Program-made: the position numbers and the translations under genes | Part shown: positions 35,259 through 48,175 of the stretch, piece by piece | Numbering within the stretch: the first letter of the stretch is position 1 | Layout of the letters: each line of letters begins with the position of its first letter | NCBI RefSeq assembly: GCF_024521635.1 | Contig: NW_026250408.1 | Coordinates: 1,364,001 to 1,428,000, forward strand | Direction: 5' to 3' | Length of the DNA stretch: 64,000 bases | From: Tricharina praecox | Taxonomy: Eukaryota | The notes under the pieces: generated by a model | Databases searched by the model: none | What the model saw: the letters and a program-made list of their open reading frames with translations, nothing else | Told to the model about the DNA's origin: nothing

Positions 35259-38086
35259 ATCTGAAGTATAATTGTTCTGGTCTTGTCTGGGCCGGGCTGG
35301 TCGGGACCGGGTTCGGGGGCTGGGTGACGGGGGGTGATGGAGTGGTCCAGGGGGCGGGCGGGCACGCGCGCGCCGATCGAATACGAAGTGCTTAAGGTGC
35401 GTGGAGGGGTTCGGAGGCCAATGTTTAGGCGAAGTGGTGCAGATGCAGATGGCGATGGCCGTGGGGATTTTTGAGTGCTTGCTTGCTTCTTTATTTCACG
35501 CTGCGTGCTGCGGAGGGCTCGTGGGAGTGTTGGAGGTGAGGAGGAGAGGGACGGGGAGGGGGGAGGGGGAACGTGGGATAGATGGATGGGATGTTCCTTG
35601 AGCGTCTGGCCTTCCTTTTTTTCACTGCGTGCGAGTCTGTATCTGGGCGGTCTGGCGTTCTGGGGTCCCTTTTCCGCCCTGGCCAATTTCCCAGGATCCC
35701 AGCACCTGTCTGTCGGCAGACTGGGTGGGAGTGCTGATTGTACCACCAAGATTAGATGGATCCGATAGTGAGATCGGATAGACAGATAGACGGTCCTAGG
35801 CCTCTTGCCGGTCAAAGCGGAAGGACCGAAGGACCGCTTCTTCAGGCTGTAAATACCGGGTTGGCTTCTCGAACGAACGCAACGGTTCGCTTCCGTGCCT
35901 TCTCCTTGTCCGCTCGCGTCGTCGCGACTCAACTGCAATCACCCTCGCCACACGCCGCAACCGTACCCGTCCGGTCGGTAAAGCAAACGCTGCCTGGACT
36001 GCCTATGTGGGAGATGTCAAGGTATTTCTCCGGTGGCTCCGTTCGGTTCGATGCAGGTCCGTCGTGGGAAAATAGGCAGAATCGAATTAGCTTTGGCACG
36101 CGAGATGACGGTGCGCGTCGAATATAGCTGCAATACAATAGGTAGATTCTTGATATCACCGGAGAGAGTGGATAGAAGAGGTGTAACGCAATATAAATGG
36201 GTCTCAATCGGCGAAGTGAGGAGGAAGTCTGGTTATCTATATGTCCTCGAAGAACCGGAGGAGGATCCCGCCTTCTAGAATAATCAGATGCCGTCTTGTG
36301 GACAACGCCCCCACAGAGGCCTCTGGAAACATGCCCTGTAATATGAAGCCAACGATTCCATCGATTCGTCGAACACGTAGCAAGTACTTCCAAACAGAGG
36401 ATTCGGAGGAAGCTATCCGAACGTCGGTGGCCAGCGCGACATCCATCGACGCCCAGGTAAATACTAGCAGGAAAGAAAAGGCGAGCGATCATTGCTTCCA
36501 GTAGACGTCGTGAGTTTTCCGCTGACCCCCACGACCTCTGCTAACGTCAGTGAATGATCAATCATGCTAACAAACGGGTAGATATATGTTACTAGCAAGA
36601 GAAGCAGGCTTCTAGAACCACACACTATCTTTCTTGATGCTCTGCATCCGAATAGAAGGTTCGTCCAGCTCAAGACGTCCGATGGTTCTCCTTCCAAGAG
36701 CATTCCAGTTATTGCACTCCAGTAGGTGATCGCTTCTCCTCCGATCGGAGGATCTCTTCCTTGAGGAACGGAAGGTCGTATGGTGTTTGATCACATTCAT
36801 ACCTTTACACCCTAATCAGCACAACCAGCGGATGATGGGGATACGGTTCAACGGTACCTTCGGCCCGGGTCGTCCATCTGGGCAAGTGGGCACGTGCCCC
36901 TCCGACGTCGCACCAGGTGTTTCTTCGGCAAACCAAGAGCAGCCCGAGTGGCCGAGCCGCACACCTTCACGCCCTCGATTCCCGAAAGCACCGATCGCGC
37001 GCCAGCGCTCATTATTGGCTGACCTTTTTTGCCCGGCTTCGCTGATCTGAAACATACCGACGACGACGTTGCCGCCGTTGCGCCGAGAGGTGAAACCGCA
37101 AAGTTCGGTCGGAGCCGCGATGGGATTGTTGGGAAGTGGCGTTTGGCGTTGGCGGGGAGATGGGTGGAGAGTCAGTCAGACTGTCATGTCAGACTGACTC
37201 TCGCTTCTCCTTCCTGCAGTGCTGCTGCATGAATCCCAATCCATGCTCATCCACCCCACTTGCATTCGTGGTGTCGTTGAAGGATACATACCGTACATAC
37301 TCTACTCTAGAGCAGAAGGGAAACAAAATTACGGTACTCTACCGAGAACCTGGCGACCAGGTTGTGCAAGTGCTGACCACGCAACTTTTTTTTTCTTGGT
37401 GATGGTTGTCGGAATCCGGATCGGATGAGAAGCCATAAAAACAATCCAGTCTCGGATCTCGATGGTCTAGACTCTGCAGTCTATATACTTGTATGAATAG
37501 GCTACGCTCGGACCGTAGGACTACTGGAGAGTACCACGATATCGCTCGGTGATCCCGATCAAGCGCTGGAGATCGGCTATAGGATGCGCCGTTCGCATGA
37601 ATTCGTGGATATCTGGGAATCTGCTAATTACTCCAGTAACAGTCGGGTTAGTAGGTAGTAGGTTGGTACGTGCTCTACTGATTCACCGATGCCAATGTTT
37701 CTGATCTGCCAACTGATACCAACGCTTCCAACTTCCCCTCCTCCTAGCCACCCGCCTGAACGATACGAGATAAGGCGGTCCCTGGGGCTAGCTAGTGATT
37801 GGCTGGTTGGTCTTCTGGAGGCGGCGTTGCACACAAACACAAACACAGTCATGTTGACTCCAACGGTTGGGTTGGTTCCCCTATGTAGGAAAGGGCTGTG
37901 CCGCGCCATTGCCTTCAACTACATACCTCATACAGAGGACTGGAGATGTAGCCGTGTGTATGTACGAGCACCAGTCTATTCCACCCCTCCCCACCAGATC
38001 CTACAAAGGAAACCCGAATACATAAAACAAGAGAGAGGTGAAAGAAGAAGAAAAGAAAAGAAAAACGCCCCGAAATCCCGCCGTGC

Positions 38087-39564
38087 CTACTGCTTCAGCA
38101 CAGCCTTGACCTTCTCGATCTGTTCCAACACTCGGTGCCGAGCCGGCCCTCCAATGGCCGCCCTCTTCTCGACACTCCTCTCAAAGTCAAACACCTCCGT
38201 GTGCATGTCCTCCTCAAAGACGTCGCACAATCCCTTGTAGTCCTCGAGGCTAAGCTTGTCGATGCCGGAGACACCGCGCTCCTCGGCCAGCCGCACGGCC
38301 TCGCCCGAGATGTGGTGGGTCTTGCGGAACGGCACGCCCTTGCGGACGAGGTAGTCGGCAAGATCAGTGGCGAGCATGTCCATGGTCAGGGAGTCGCGCA
38401 TCTTCTTCTCGTTGATGCGGAGCGTCGACAGCACTCCCGTGGCGATCTGGAAGGAGTCCGAGACGGTGCGCACACAGTCGAACAGCGGCTCCTTGTCCTC
38501 CTGCAGGTCCTTGTTGTACGTCGACGGCAGGCCCTTAAGCGTGTACATGAACCCGGCCATCTGGCCGAACACGCGGCCGCTCTTGCCCCTCAGCAGCTCG
38601 AGCGAGTCGGGGTTCTTCTTCTGCGGCATGAGCGAAGAGCCGGTCGAGTACGCGTCCGCCAGCGAGACGAAGCCGAACTCCGCGGTCGAGTAGATGATCA
38701 GATCCTCAGCCCACTTCGAGATGTGGTTCATGGCCAGTGCCGCCCACTGCAGCGTCTCGACGACGAAATCACGGTCCGCAACACCGAGCAGCGAGTTGCC
38801 GACCACCCCCTCGAACCCCAACTCCTTAGCCAGGAACTCGCGGTCAACCTCGAACGGGTTTCCCGCCAGCGCTCCGGATCCCAGCGGACACTGGTTTACG
38901 CGCTTGTACAGCTGCCTCAGGCGCTCGAGATCACTCGCAAACGCAAACGCATGCGCCATGACCCAGTGACTCCACCTGATGGGCTGGGCCCGCTGCAGAT
39001 GCGTGTACCCGGGCATGAGGACATTAATATCCTGCTCAGCCCTACCCACATGGGCCTTCAGCAGATCCGTCAGGGCCTCCTCAATCCCCTCCAGCTTCCC
39101 CCTAAGCCAGATGCGCATATCAGTGGCGACTTGATCATTCCTGGATCGTCCGGTGTGGAGCTTCCCGGCGATGTGGGTGCCAATGAGCTCGCCGAGGCGG
39201 CGCTCGTTGGCCGTGTGGATATCCTCGTCCACCCCCGGCACGATCACGAACTTGTCAGCGACCCACTCCGCCTCCACCAAGTCCAGCCCCCGGATCAGCT
39301 CGTCGCGCTCGTGCTCCGTCAGGATCCCGCGCAGGTGCAAGGCCTTCGCGTACGCTTGCGAACCCTGCACGTCCGCTGTGTGCATGTGCCGGTCGTAGTG
39401 GATCGACTCGTTGTACACGGTCATGAGCGGGTCCGTTGCGCCTAGTGAACGAACGAAGTATCGTGTAAGTTTCTTTCTTGCTTTGCTTCCACGCCAGCCG
39501 GGACAGACGCAATTGGGAGTTACAGACCGGTGAAGCGGCCGCCCCAGAGCTTTGTGGTCGACAT
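38087..39564 (-). CDS. ARG4: Argininosuccinate lyase; likely start [13 protein letters not shown], one intron ~39528-39443
   Basis: [50 protein letters not shown]. Confidence 0.97.
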
Positions 39565-39728
39565 TTTGGTTTAGGCGGCTGTGATTGGGGAATTGGGGAA
39601 TTGAGGAATTGAGGGTGGAGATGGGGGTATGACGTGCAATTGGTGTTGGAGAGCTAGACGTCGGGATGGGCATCGCGGGGTAGTGGTGGAGTGGGGCTCG
39701 GAAAAAACTGCGCCAAGACGGAGTGGGT

Positions 39729-39735
39729 TGAGTCA
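39729..39735. promoter_or_regulatory. Gcn4/CpcA (cross-pathway control) consensus TGAGTCA ~165 bp upstream of ARG4
   Basis: Exact TGA(C/G)TCA in the promoter of an amino-acid biosynthetic gene. Confidence 0.6.
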
Positions 39736-40499
39736 CTGCGTCTGGTGTGATCGCTGGTGATCTCGCATCATGCATCTTGTTCTCCGTATCGAAAGAGTAC
39801 CGCTGGAGGAGATCGGTTGTAAATTTGAGGTGATTGTAATTGCACAGATTAAACTGAGGTACTCTAAAGGAGTGTTCAGGTTGTGCGCGATTCATAATAT
39901 ATCACTCGGAAATATGCTTGCCTGCCACGGTGATCGACTTGTCAAAAAGCTTGAATGCGGCGCACCCCGTGTTCATTACGTTACAAGCCCAAGGAGGAAT
40001 CGCTTTTGGTGCTGTAGAAGTCTTCAAGACTCGTTCGACCATGACCTAAGCTGCTCACTTTGTGAAGGGGGTTTGACCTCAACCCAGCAGGCTACAGGCC
40101 ACGAGCGTTCTTGCTCCTTCTCCGTTCCTTCTTCTCGTTTCTCCATTGTCATCTGCATCTAGAACTCCCCTCCATTACTCTCCATTCGCACCGTGACCAC
40201 GTAAATGAGCTATCTACCATCACCACCCTTCCGAACTCAAAAGGTAGTAACTTTACCTTAATGTCAATATAAGCTAAGCTCGACTCACCACCCCAAAGGC
40301 TAAAGTCTAAACATCCGCGCGTGGTCTTCGGTGACATCCGGGGGCCACGGTCCTGTGTGTGTCTGTGCCTTCTTTGAAGCTTGGGGAGCTTACGTACCTC
40401 GAGCTGGAGAGCTCGAGGTGTGCAGCTCAGTACCCACGAGCACAATGCAACTAGCATAGTCTACATCTCCTGGATATTGCCGTTGGTTGGTAGCAGCTA

Positions 40500-40690
40500 C
40501 ATGACTATCCCATTGCCAGCTTGGGTGACATTTCATTGCCTCCAGTGTGGAGTCGTCACGCGTGGTGCAGCGGCGATGGGAGGGAGTAAGTTTGGACCCA
40601 CTAAGAACTTGGGCAAGCTTTGCGCTCATTGCGTTGCGGGTATGCTCGCATGCTTGAGTCCAGTCCGTGGCGGTAAAGTGTTGGATAGAT
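40500..40690 (-). mobile_element. Relic of hAT transposase C-terminal dimerisation domain
   Basis: Frameshifted SIPAT/MSAKLAQVLSGSKLT.SHRRC..DDSTLEAMKC..SW resembles the hAT consensus SIPAMSAExERVFSxxKLTIxxRRxxLxxDxIEAxxCLKSW. Confidence 0.6.
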
Positions 40691-42664
40691 TGACTACAAA
40701 CCACCCCTCAATTGCATGGACTAGCTGAACTATCGGGAGCACTGGGTGTGCTGGGGGGACTTGGTCGAACCCAAAGGTACTCGCAGCTGCGTCCAGCGCG
40801 TTCTAGCCATGACATCCCGCGACTCGTTAGCAGCCATTAAGCTCGACAGCTACAAACGTCTCAGAGCTCTAGCTAGCACTAAAGCCAGGCTTATCCGTCC
40901 AGCCCACCTGGGCCACTCCCCCATCCTTATCGTTCAGCACCGACCCCCCGATTTGGAAACAAGCTTTCCCACCAGTCACAGCGGCTGGCCGGCCTATTTT
41001 CCCCTAAAAAACCCCCCCCATCCCCCTGTCCTTCCTTTCCTTTCCTTCCTTCCTCCTACATACCACACCAACCAACCAGCCAACCAGCCAGCCGGCCGGT
41101 GATTCACTCGCAATCACGCGTTCACAATGCTAACTCCCACCAGTCCTTCACTATAGTTCTGTGATACCCGGATCGACATTTGTTCTCCAGCCTATTTTGG
41201 TATTTCCCTCCCTCCCCCCTCCCTCCGTCTTTCTCACCGCCATAGCTATAGCTAACACGTCCTCAACCGCGCAGCCTCCTTCGACGCGTATACCCCCATT
41301 CCCCAATTCCACCTTTAGTTCACGTAGATAGACGGATTTGCGGCATCGGCAGATCGACAACCTAGCTCGGGTGATAGAGCCTAGAAAAAAAAGACAGGGA
41401 AGAGGAGGAGAGGGGAGGATGAGAAGGAGAACAGAACAGGTGGTGGGGGGTTGGAGTGAAGTAAGTTTCCCCCCGCTCTGGAGATATATGATGAGGACGT
41501 CAACCAGCGAATACTAACTTCGAATCAGTATACTCCCCCCCCCCCCCCACCCCCACCACCAACCACCCACGGTGGAAGCTCCCGGGAGCTCCTAGATTCT
41601 GGTCGAGCCTGCTTCGGTGATAAAATTCGCCTGGCAATCCTGGAAGCTCTTATATTCTAGTCGAGCCTGCTTCGGTGATAAAATTCGCCTTGCAATCCCG
41701 GGAGACGATCTGGGACGTTGTTGAACCAGTTAGGTTACAGCGTCCTGGAAAAAAAACCAACGCTTCGTTATAAAAACGAATGAGGTGAGGAGGATGAGTA
41801 TGAGGATCAAGAGTCCCAATGGTGGCGAGAGGGAGTGATGTAAGTCCCCCCCCCCCCCCCCCTCTCTCTAGACAGAGGTTACCAGCGGATACTAATTCGC
41901 CATAGGTTACCTCCCCTCCGCAGTATTAGTTAGAGTATGCGGGGCCGAGCTCACTACCCATAATAGGTAGTGAGCGTGTGCGCGCAGTGTTATCGGCTCA
42001 CTGCGCATTCCCATGAGACAATCGTTACTTGAAGTAGCGGTGTGTCTTCCCAGCTCGGGTGATAGAGCCTTGAAAAAAAAAGAAAAAAAAAGATGGGGGA
42101 CAAAAAAAAGGCTGAGGGGAAAAAATAGGAAACAAAAACGGCGCAGGGAGGAACCTGCGGGAGTTCAGGGGAGGTGTTACGATATGTAAGTACCCCGTTC
42201 CTTTCCTTTGATTTTGATTCTGCTCTGGCTGGCTGGCTGGCTGGCACGTTGTGGTGGGGTTGGCGGAGGTGGAGGTGGAGGTGGAGGAAGTAGATATAAT
42301 GATATAATGATATTCTTTTATCCAAATGTCAAGAGCTTTGCCGTGATCGTGATCCTCCCAGAAATAGTGAATGAAGGTTGGAGAATGGCTGGTGGTGATG
42401 TCAATGGAAATATCGAGTACCTGTCCGTGAAGTCGATTTCGCTCCTCAATGAACCATTGTATGTCGTCTACAATCATTTCGTGATTAACCGTGGTGGTTG
42501 GGGGCGGCGTCTCATTGAGTGCAGAGCTCAATGCACAGGCCATGCCTCTACTAGTAACGCGGATAGCTCAGCTACACTAGACCCTGGAGCTCCATTACTC
42601 TACGCGTGTCTTGCACCAGTGCACTCCCCACCTGCCTCACCACCACACCACCGACGACATAGCA

Positions 42665-43633
42665 ATGCCGCCCACAACCCGCTACGCCTCCACCCCGCGC
42701 GCACCCCTACCACCCCTACCACCCGTCTTACCCCTCCGCCTCCCGCGCACGCCCCAAACCCCACAAACCCCACGCCCGCGCGGCGCCGCCTCCCCCGCCA
42801 CGCTCACCTCCCGCCTGTCGCGGGCAACAGAGGCACTAGTCTCGAACCCATCATTATCCCTCCGCCGCGCAGCCGCACAGCACGGGGTGCCGCGAACAAC
42901 GCTATCGCGGCGACTGGCGCCGCCGCGACGCGGTCGCGTGCTCAACATTGCGGAGGAGCGGCAGGTCCTGGCGCATATTGGGCAGTTGGAGGAGATGGGT
43001 GTAAAGCTGGAGAGGAATATGCTGGAGGATATTGCCGGCAGGGTGTTGGAGAGGAGGGGGGAGCGGGGGGGTGGGAGCGGGAGGGCGGGGATGGAGAGGT
43101 GGGTACGAGGTTTTATCAAGAGGTGGGGGGTGGGGGGGAAATTTAGGGGGGAGGTGGGTGGAAGGGAGGAGGGGGAGGAGGAGGAGGAGGATGGCGAGGA
43201 GGAGGATGGCGAGGAGGAGGATGGCGAGGAGGAGGATGGCGAGGAGGAGGATGGCGAGGAGGAGGATGGCGAGGAGGAGGATGGCGAGGAGGAGGATGGC
43301 GAGGAGGAGGATGGCGAGGAGGAGGATGGCGAGGAGAAGGCGGGAAGTGTCAAGGACGGCGTGCTGAGGGTGCTTAGGGAGAGGTTGGATAAGGAGACTG
43401 ATCCGGTGGATATCAAGAGGTTGGCACTTCGGATTGGAGAGTTTGCGGCAGAAGCGTTGGAGTATCAAGATGCGCTAGAACATGTGGTTGAGAGATATAA
43501 TGCTGCGCTTGTAAGGTTACAGGCGAGACATATTCAGGGGAGTCAGGAGAGTGATGGCGATGACGATGAGGATAAGGATAAGGATAATGAGGACGATGAG
43601 AAGGCCGAGATGGGAAATGAGACTCGAGACTAA
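42665..43633 (+). CDS. Pogo/Fot1-derived DNA-binding protein (Psq-type HTH plus CENP-B/Tc5-type HTH), acidic repeat, helical C-terminus; no DDE domain
   Basis: SLRRAAAQHGVPRTTLSRRL; LNIAEERQVLAHI..L...G...LEDIAG..L...RWVRGFIKRW; uninterrupted ORF. Confidence 0.75.
   Translation: MPPTTRYASTPRAPLPPLPPVLPLRLPRTPQTPQTPRPRGAASPATLTSRLSRATEALVSNPSLSLRRAAAQHGVPRTTLSRRLAPPRRGRVLNIAEERQVLAHIGQLEEMGVKLERNMLEDIAGRVLERRGERGGGSGRAGMERWVRGFIKRWGVGGKFRGEVGGREEGEEEEEDGEEEDGEEEDGEEEDGEEEDGEEEDGEEEDGEEEDGEEEDGEEEDGEEKAGSVKDGVLRVLRERLDKETDPVDIKRLALRIGEFAAEALEYQDALEHVVERYNAALVRLQARHIQGSQESDGDDDEDKDKDNEDDEKAEMGNETRD
43181..43330 (+). repeat. (GAGGAGGAGGATGGC)10 coding minisatellite encoding (EEEDG)10
   Basis: Ten perfect 15-bp units. 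Confidence 0.97.
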
Positions 43634-43889
43634 GCGGTGCTTTAGCGTGATGCGTGAGATATGGACTCGGATAATTGCATTTCTATTTGCGTTGAAGATG
43701 TTTTGTTTTAGGCACTGGTATGTGGCATTGACTACGATACTCGATGCGGTCGGTCAAGCGCAGCGAATGCCATACCATAAATACAGGCAACACAATACTC
43801 ATACATACATTGAGGAGTTCTAGGTATCCATCACTCATACAAACAGCCATCAAATACACCCACATCCAATATACAATCCACCCAACCAC

Positions 43890-45576
43890 TCACTCCAGCT
43901 TAAACTTCATGTGCTTCTCTGCAGTGATGGACCGGTTGTAACCGCCGAATCCCAGATCCACCGGCTTGAAAGGCCACCTCTCACACGCCGCCGTGATCTC
44001 GACGAGCTCGTCGACCGTCAGGCATCGCACCCTCTTCTTCCCCAAAGTCTTCGACATCTCTCCTGGCAGTTCTTCGAGGATATACTCCCCACCGGGTGCC
44101 AGGTTCTTGAGTACAGTCTTGAGACTCTGTGCCCTGAGCCCAAAGCACGTCCGTACGATCCACGTAAATATCCGCACTCGCTGGTCTCTAACGGTAGGAT
44201 CCGGGTGCCGGAAGTACTCGTGGGCGAGTTTCGGCTGGAAGTCGAGCAAATTGAGTTTCTTGGGCGGGTATACATCCTTCTCGGACGGGACGATGGGTGA
44301 TATATTCCGCGGGTGCCATGCCTGTAGGAGAGGGGGTTGGAGCGAGTGAGCGTACTTCTCGTCGATCAGGGAGTTCTCCTTTGCGCGGTCGAGTGTCATC
44401 GAAAGCAAATACTGCTCCTCGAACTCGGTATAGCTCTCGTGTTCCTCCTCCGTCAAGCCCTCCGCCCGCTTGTCTTTCATCGCCTCGATATCCACCTCGT
44501 TATACATCTCGAGTAGCTTCGGCAAATCATACTGCGCATACGTCCCCTCCGGCCCATCGATGTAGATCTCCTGCTTGACGTGTGCCAGGAAAACGCGGAT
44601 GGCGCGTCTGTATCTCTCCACAATCGCGGGGCCTCGACAGAGCGTTCGGGCTAATGGGTTGAGCTTGCACTGCTCCTGCCATTTTGTGTAGCTCAACTCC
44701 ACCTTGTCGACTTCAGCCTTCAGTTTGAGCGTATTGGACTTGAGTACACGTTTGTGTGTGCGCTTTTTCGGCACGTCCCCTTCCCATTGCGGCGTCGAGA
44801 AGCCCCTGCCAGTGCGGTGGGCACCCCCAACAACTTCAGTGACTTCGGCTGCAGCGTCAGTGACGACCGAAGCGCGTGCACGACCCTGTAGCGCGTGGGG
44901 GAGCAGCCGCTCTTTGTCTATGCTCGTCATCCAGAGAACGAAGCGGACGCGGCCAAAGCGCTGAACCCAGCCGCCGAGGAGGCAGGTCTCGATCAGCTGC
45001 GATATCAGCCGCTGGGAGGAGGAGATCCGGGTGAGGTTTCCGACGAACAGGAGATCGGTATTAAGTCCTTCTTCGGGCGGCACAGTTTTGTACTGTGGGG
45101 GTTGGAAGCCGGGCTCGAACGCTGGTTCCGGGAACTGGGTCGCTTCGAAAAGTTTTGTGTAGGTGTCCCACTCGTAGCCGTCCAACCCGACCACCGACAT
45201 CCTCGGATACTCGGGCTTCAGCGTTTTGAGGTGCTCGCGGTAGCTATCGTTGGGCTCGAGGAGGGTGTACGATTTCGGTTGGAGGCGGTCATAGATGGCC
45301 TGGGACCACAGGCCGAGGCCTGGGTTCATGTCAATGACGTGGGCATTCTTGTGGGTGTCTTCGAGCTTCAGAGCATCCAGCGTGCTTTCTGTGGGAATCA
45401 GCGGCCAGTCCATGTGTCCGAAGGGGTCTCGACTGCAAGGGAGGGGGTGGGGGGCAATCACGCGCGAAATCCTGATTCACGATATCGAAGTGTGCATTAC
45501 GGGAGCCGACGGTGCGTGGTGATAGCTGACGGCTGAGTTTGATGGCTTCTTTGACCAGTTTATTGACGGCGGCCAT
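43890..45576 (-). CDS. MTF1: Mitochondrial transcription factor Mtf1-like (rRNA dimethylase fold); one 5' intron
   Basis: VIDMNPGLGLWS..LQPKSYTLLEP, LLFVGNL, FGRVRFVLWM, RARASVV, LLDFQPK, WPFKP. Confidence 0.82.
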
Positions 45577-46285
45577 AGTGGGCGGTAGATTACGGTGGGG
45601 GTCGAGGTGGCATGGAGGGGTGCGTAAAGTAGTGGAGTTGAGGAATCTACGTACGGAATTTTTTTTGTAGGTCGGCCGTTAGCACTTCGGCATCATGATT
45701 TTCTCTCGGATGTGGCTTGGCGCGCTGCTAGTGGCGCACCCGACAAGCCGGCGCGGGCCGGCATACACAAATGGCCCGGCCCCTAGACCGGCACCAAGAT
45801 TCCACGAAAGTCCGCTGTCGTAAGAAAGACTCGCGCAAACCGTCTCGCAGCATAATAAATGTCGATTTTCCTGAACAGTTTTACTCTTGATTGTTCCGTT
45901 CAGGCGGTATTAGTCACTGTTTTGGCCCGTGTTCTTCCATGGACAGCTGTCCACGTGACACATTCCGCGCGTCACAGGCTCAAAGTCACTTTGACTCGGT
46001 CACCTACCTATGTTCCCACCAGTCGACATCACCGACCAAGATACCTAGAATGATGCTGTTTCGAACATCCCCCTCCACTTGATCACTCGTCCTCTGTTCA
46101 TTTAATCTTCTCCCTCTCAAAATACATAATACAAGAGCATCCACCCTGTTCTACTTTCCCTGCACACGAGCTCGAGAATAAACTACTCGCCGCATCTCCC
46201 GCCATCACCCTTACCCCGCCAATCACAACAAGAAGAAGACGAAGAAGGGAAATACGGAGCTCCACCACCACAACGAAAAGACACG

Positions 46286-48175
46286 ATGGAGTTTGACTAC
46301 ACTTCTACAACTAGGCCGCAGAAGCGCGAGTCCGCAGAGCCGCGGAGTCTTAGGGACATCACAGAGCAGGCGACCAAGTTCGACTACAATCCGCTCATCC
46401 CGCTGCGATTCTGGCTGCGTACCGCTGAATCACTGCACAAGCAGGTAGGCAGCTGGTAGCTGACTCTCCAGAGCTGCCCCGCAACCAGCTTCTCGCGCGG
46501 AACTAATTAGTGCCGTACAGTCCCAGATCTACCTCAAGGAAGGCGATGAGCAGCAGGCATACATCCTTCTGCTGCGCTGGACAGAGTCAGTTTCCCTTCC
46601 GACCTCGCTTGTCGTCAAGTGTCGCTGCTAACCTCGACAGACTGATGCTCCAGTACCTTATTCAGCACCCCGAGCGCAACTTTCCCGACAATGCGCGTGC
46701 TCTGCGACGTCTGCAATCCCGTCTCCCCGAAGCCTTCCGGACACTCGAACAGATCAAGCCCCGGTTGGAAACCCGGTACCTGGCACTCGTGGCCGCCCGC
46801 CAGAGGGTGGCGATACCGCACGCGCCTGCAGCGGCGCAGCGTGGTATATCGGTAGACGGCTGGCTCTCGAGAACATCCCATCCCTCGGATAATGAGCGGA
46901 ACGACCGGAACCTTGCGGCCGAGACCACAACTCAGGAGACCGACCGGAACTATGCGCTCGAGATCGCGAAGCTGGAGTTTGGCAATTGGGAGCGCGCGCA
47001 GCTACAGCGACGGCAGACGGTGGCCAACACGAGTGGGAAGGGCGTGGTCGTCGATCATACGGGTACGGTTATTCGTCGCGTCCCGGCTGAGGATCCGGCG
47101 GTCTCGCGCCGTAGCTACTACGAGACGGTTGAGGAGAGGAGGGAACGTGAAGCCAGGGAGGGTGACGAGGACATGATGGAGAGCATCAAGGCGCTTAGCA
47201 TGGGAATCGACCTTTCCCAGCACAACGGCTCCAAGCGCGACTCCTACAATAAGCGCAACTCCACAAGCGAGTATGACTTCCAAGGGTTCCCACAGCATGA
47301 GGTTGAGACTCGCAACCGGCCGATTGAGGGCAACTGGGCGGGCTTCTATCCTACCATTCCACGGAGCCTGCACTCACAAACGGTCTATGTTCCAGCGCCT
47401 CCACTACCGCTCTTACCGACTCCACCAGCCTTCACGTCGCCTCCGCTTCCACCAAAGATCCCTACCAGCAATGCACCCGCACTCCCACCCAAGGTGGTCG
47501 AGAAACCCGCTGCGCCTGCCACGCAGCCGCACCAATTCTCGATGCCCGCCACGCTCGAAAACGGCACACGCCTGCGTACCCTCTTCCTCCCGAGCCCGCT
47601 GCGCGATACATTCCTCGCGATCGCCCAAGACAACACGGACGCCAACCTCGAGACATGCGGCGTCCTCTGCGGGAAGCTGGTCCAAAACGCGCTGTTCGTG
47701 TCCCGCCTCGTCATTCCCGAGCAGACAGCGACCTCGGACACATGCACCACCAGAGACGAGGAGGCTTTGTTCGAATACTGCCACAACGAGGACCTGATGG
47801 TCTTTGGCTGGATCCACACGCACCCAACACAGACGTGCTTCATGAGCTCCGTGGACTTGCACACTCACTCCGGATACCAGCTCATGATGGCCGAGAGCAT
47901 CGCTATCGTCTGCGCCCCCTCCAAGACCCCCTCGTAAGCCTTCATCCCCCCTTCCCCTCCCTGTTCCCATCCACCACCTTACTAACCCATCCCGCAGATG
48001 GGGCGTCTTCCGTCTCACCGACCCCCCGGGCGTCCAGACCATCGTCGCTTGTCGTGACAAAGGCCTGTTCCACCCGCACGCGGTCGACAACATCTACACA
48101 GACGCGCAGAAGCCGGGCCACGTCACCATCATGGAAAACATGGGATTCGATGTGGTCGACCTCAGGAAGCGATAG
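46286..48175 (+). CDS. AMSH/STAMBP-like JAMM (MPN+) deubiquitinase; multi-exon
   Basis: NLETCGVLCG, GWIHTHPTQTCFMSSVDLHTH, ESIAIVCAP, WGVFRLTDPPG, LFHPH; N-terminal USP8-dimer-like region. Confidence 0.93.

Noticed and set aside
38135..39445. 436-aa antisense ORF over ARG4, and similar ones over eIF2A, the monooxygenase and the CoA-transferase
   Set aside because: Shadow ORFs expected from GC-rich codon bias; no motifs.
42682..43468. (SSSSP)n, (LLLAI)n and (RRRMA)n ORFs
   Set aside because: Alternative frames of the 15-bp repeat; only the EEEDG frame is linked to recognisable domains.
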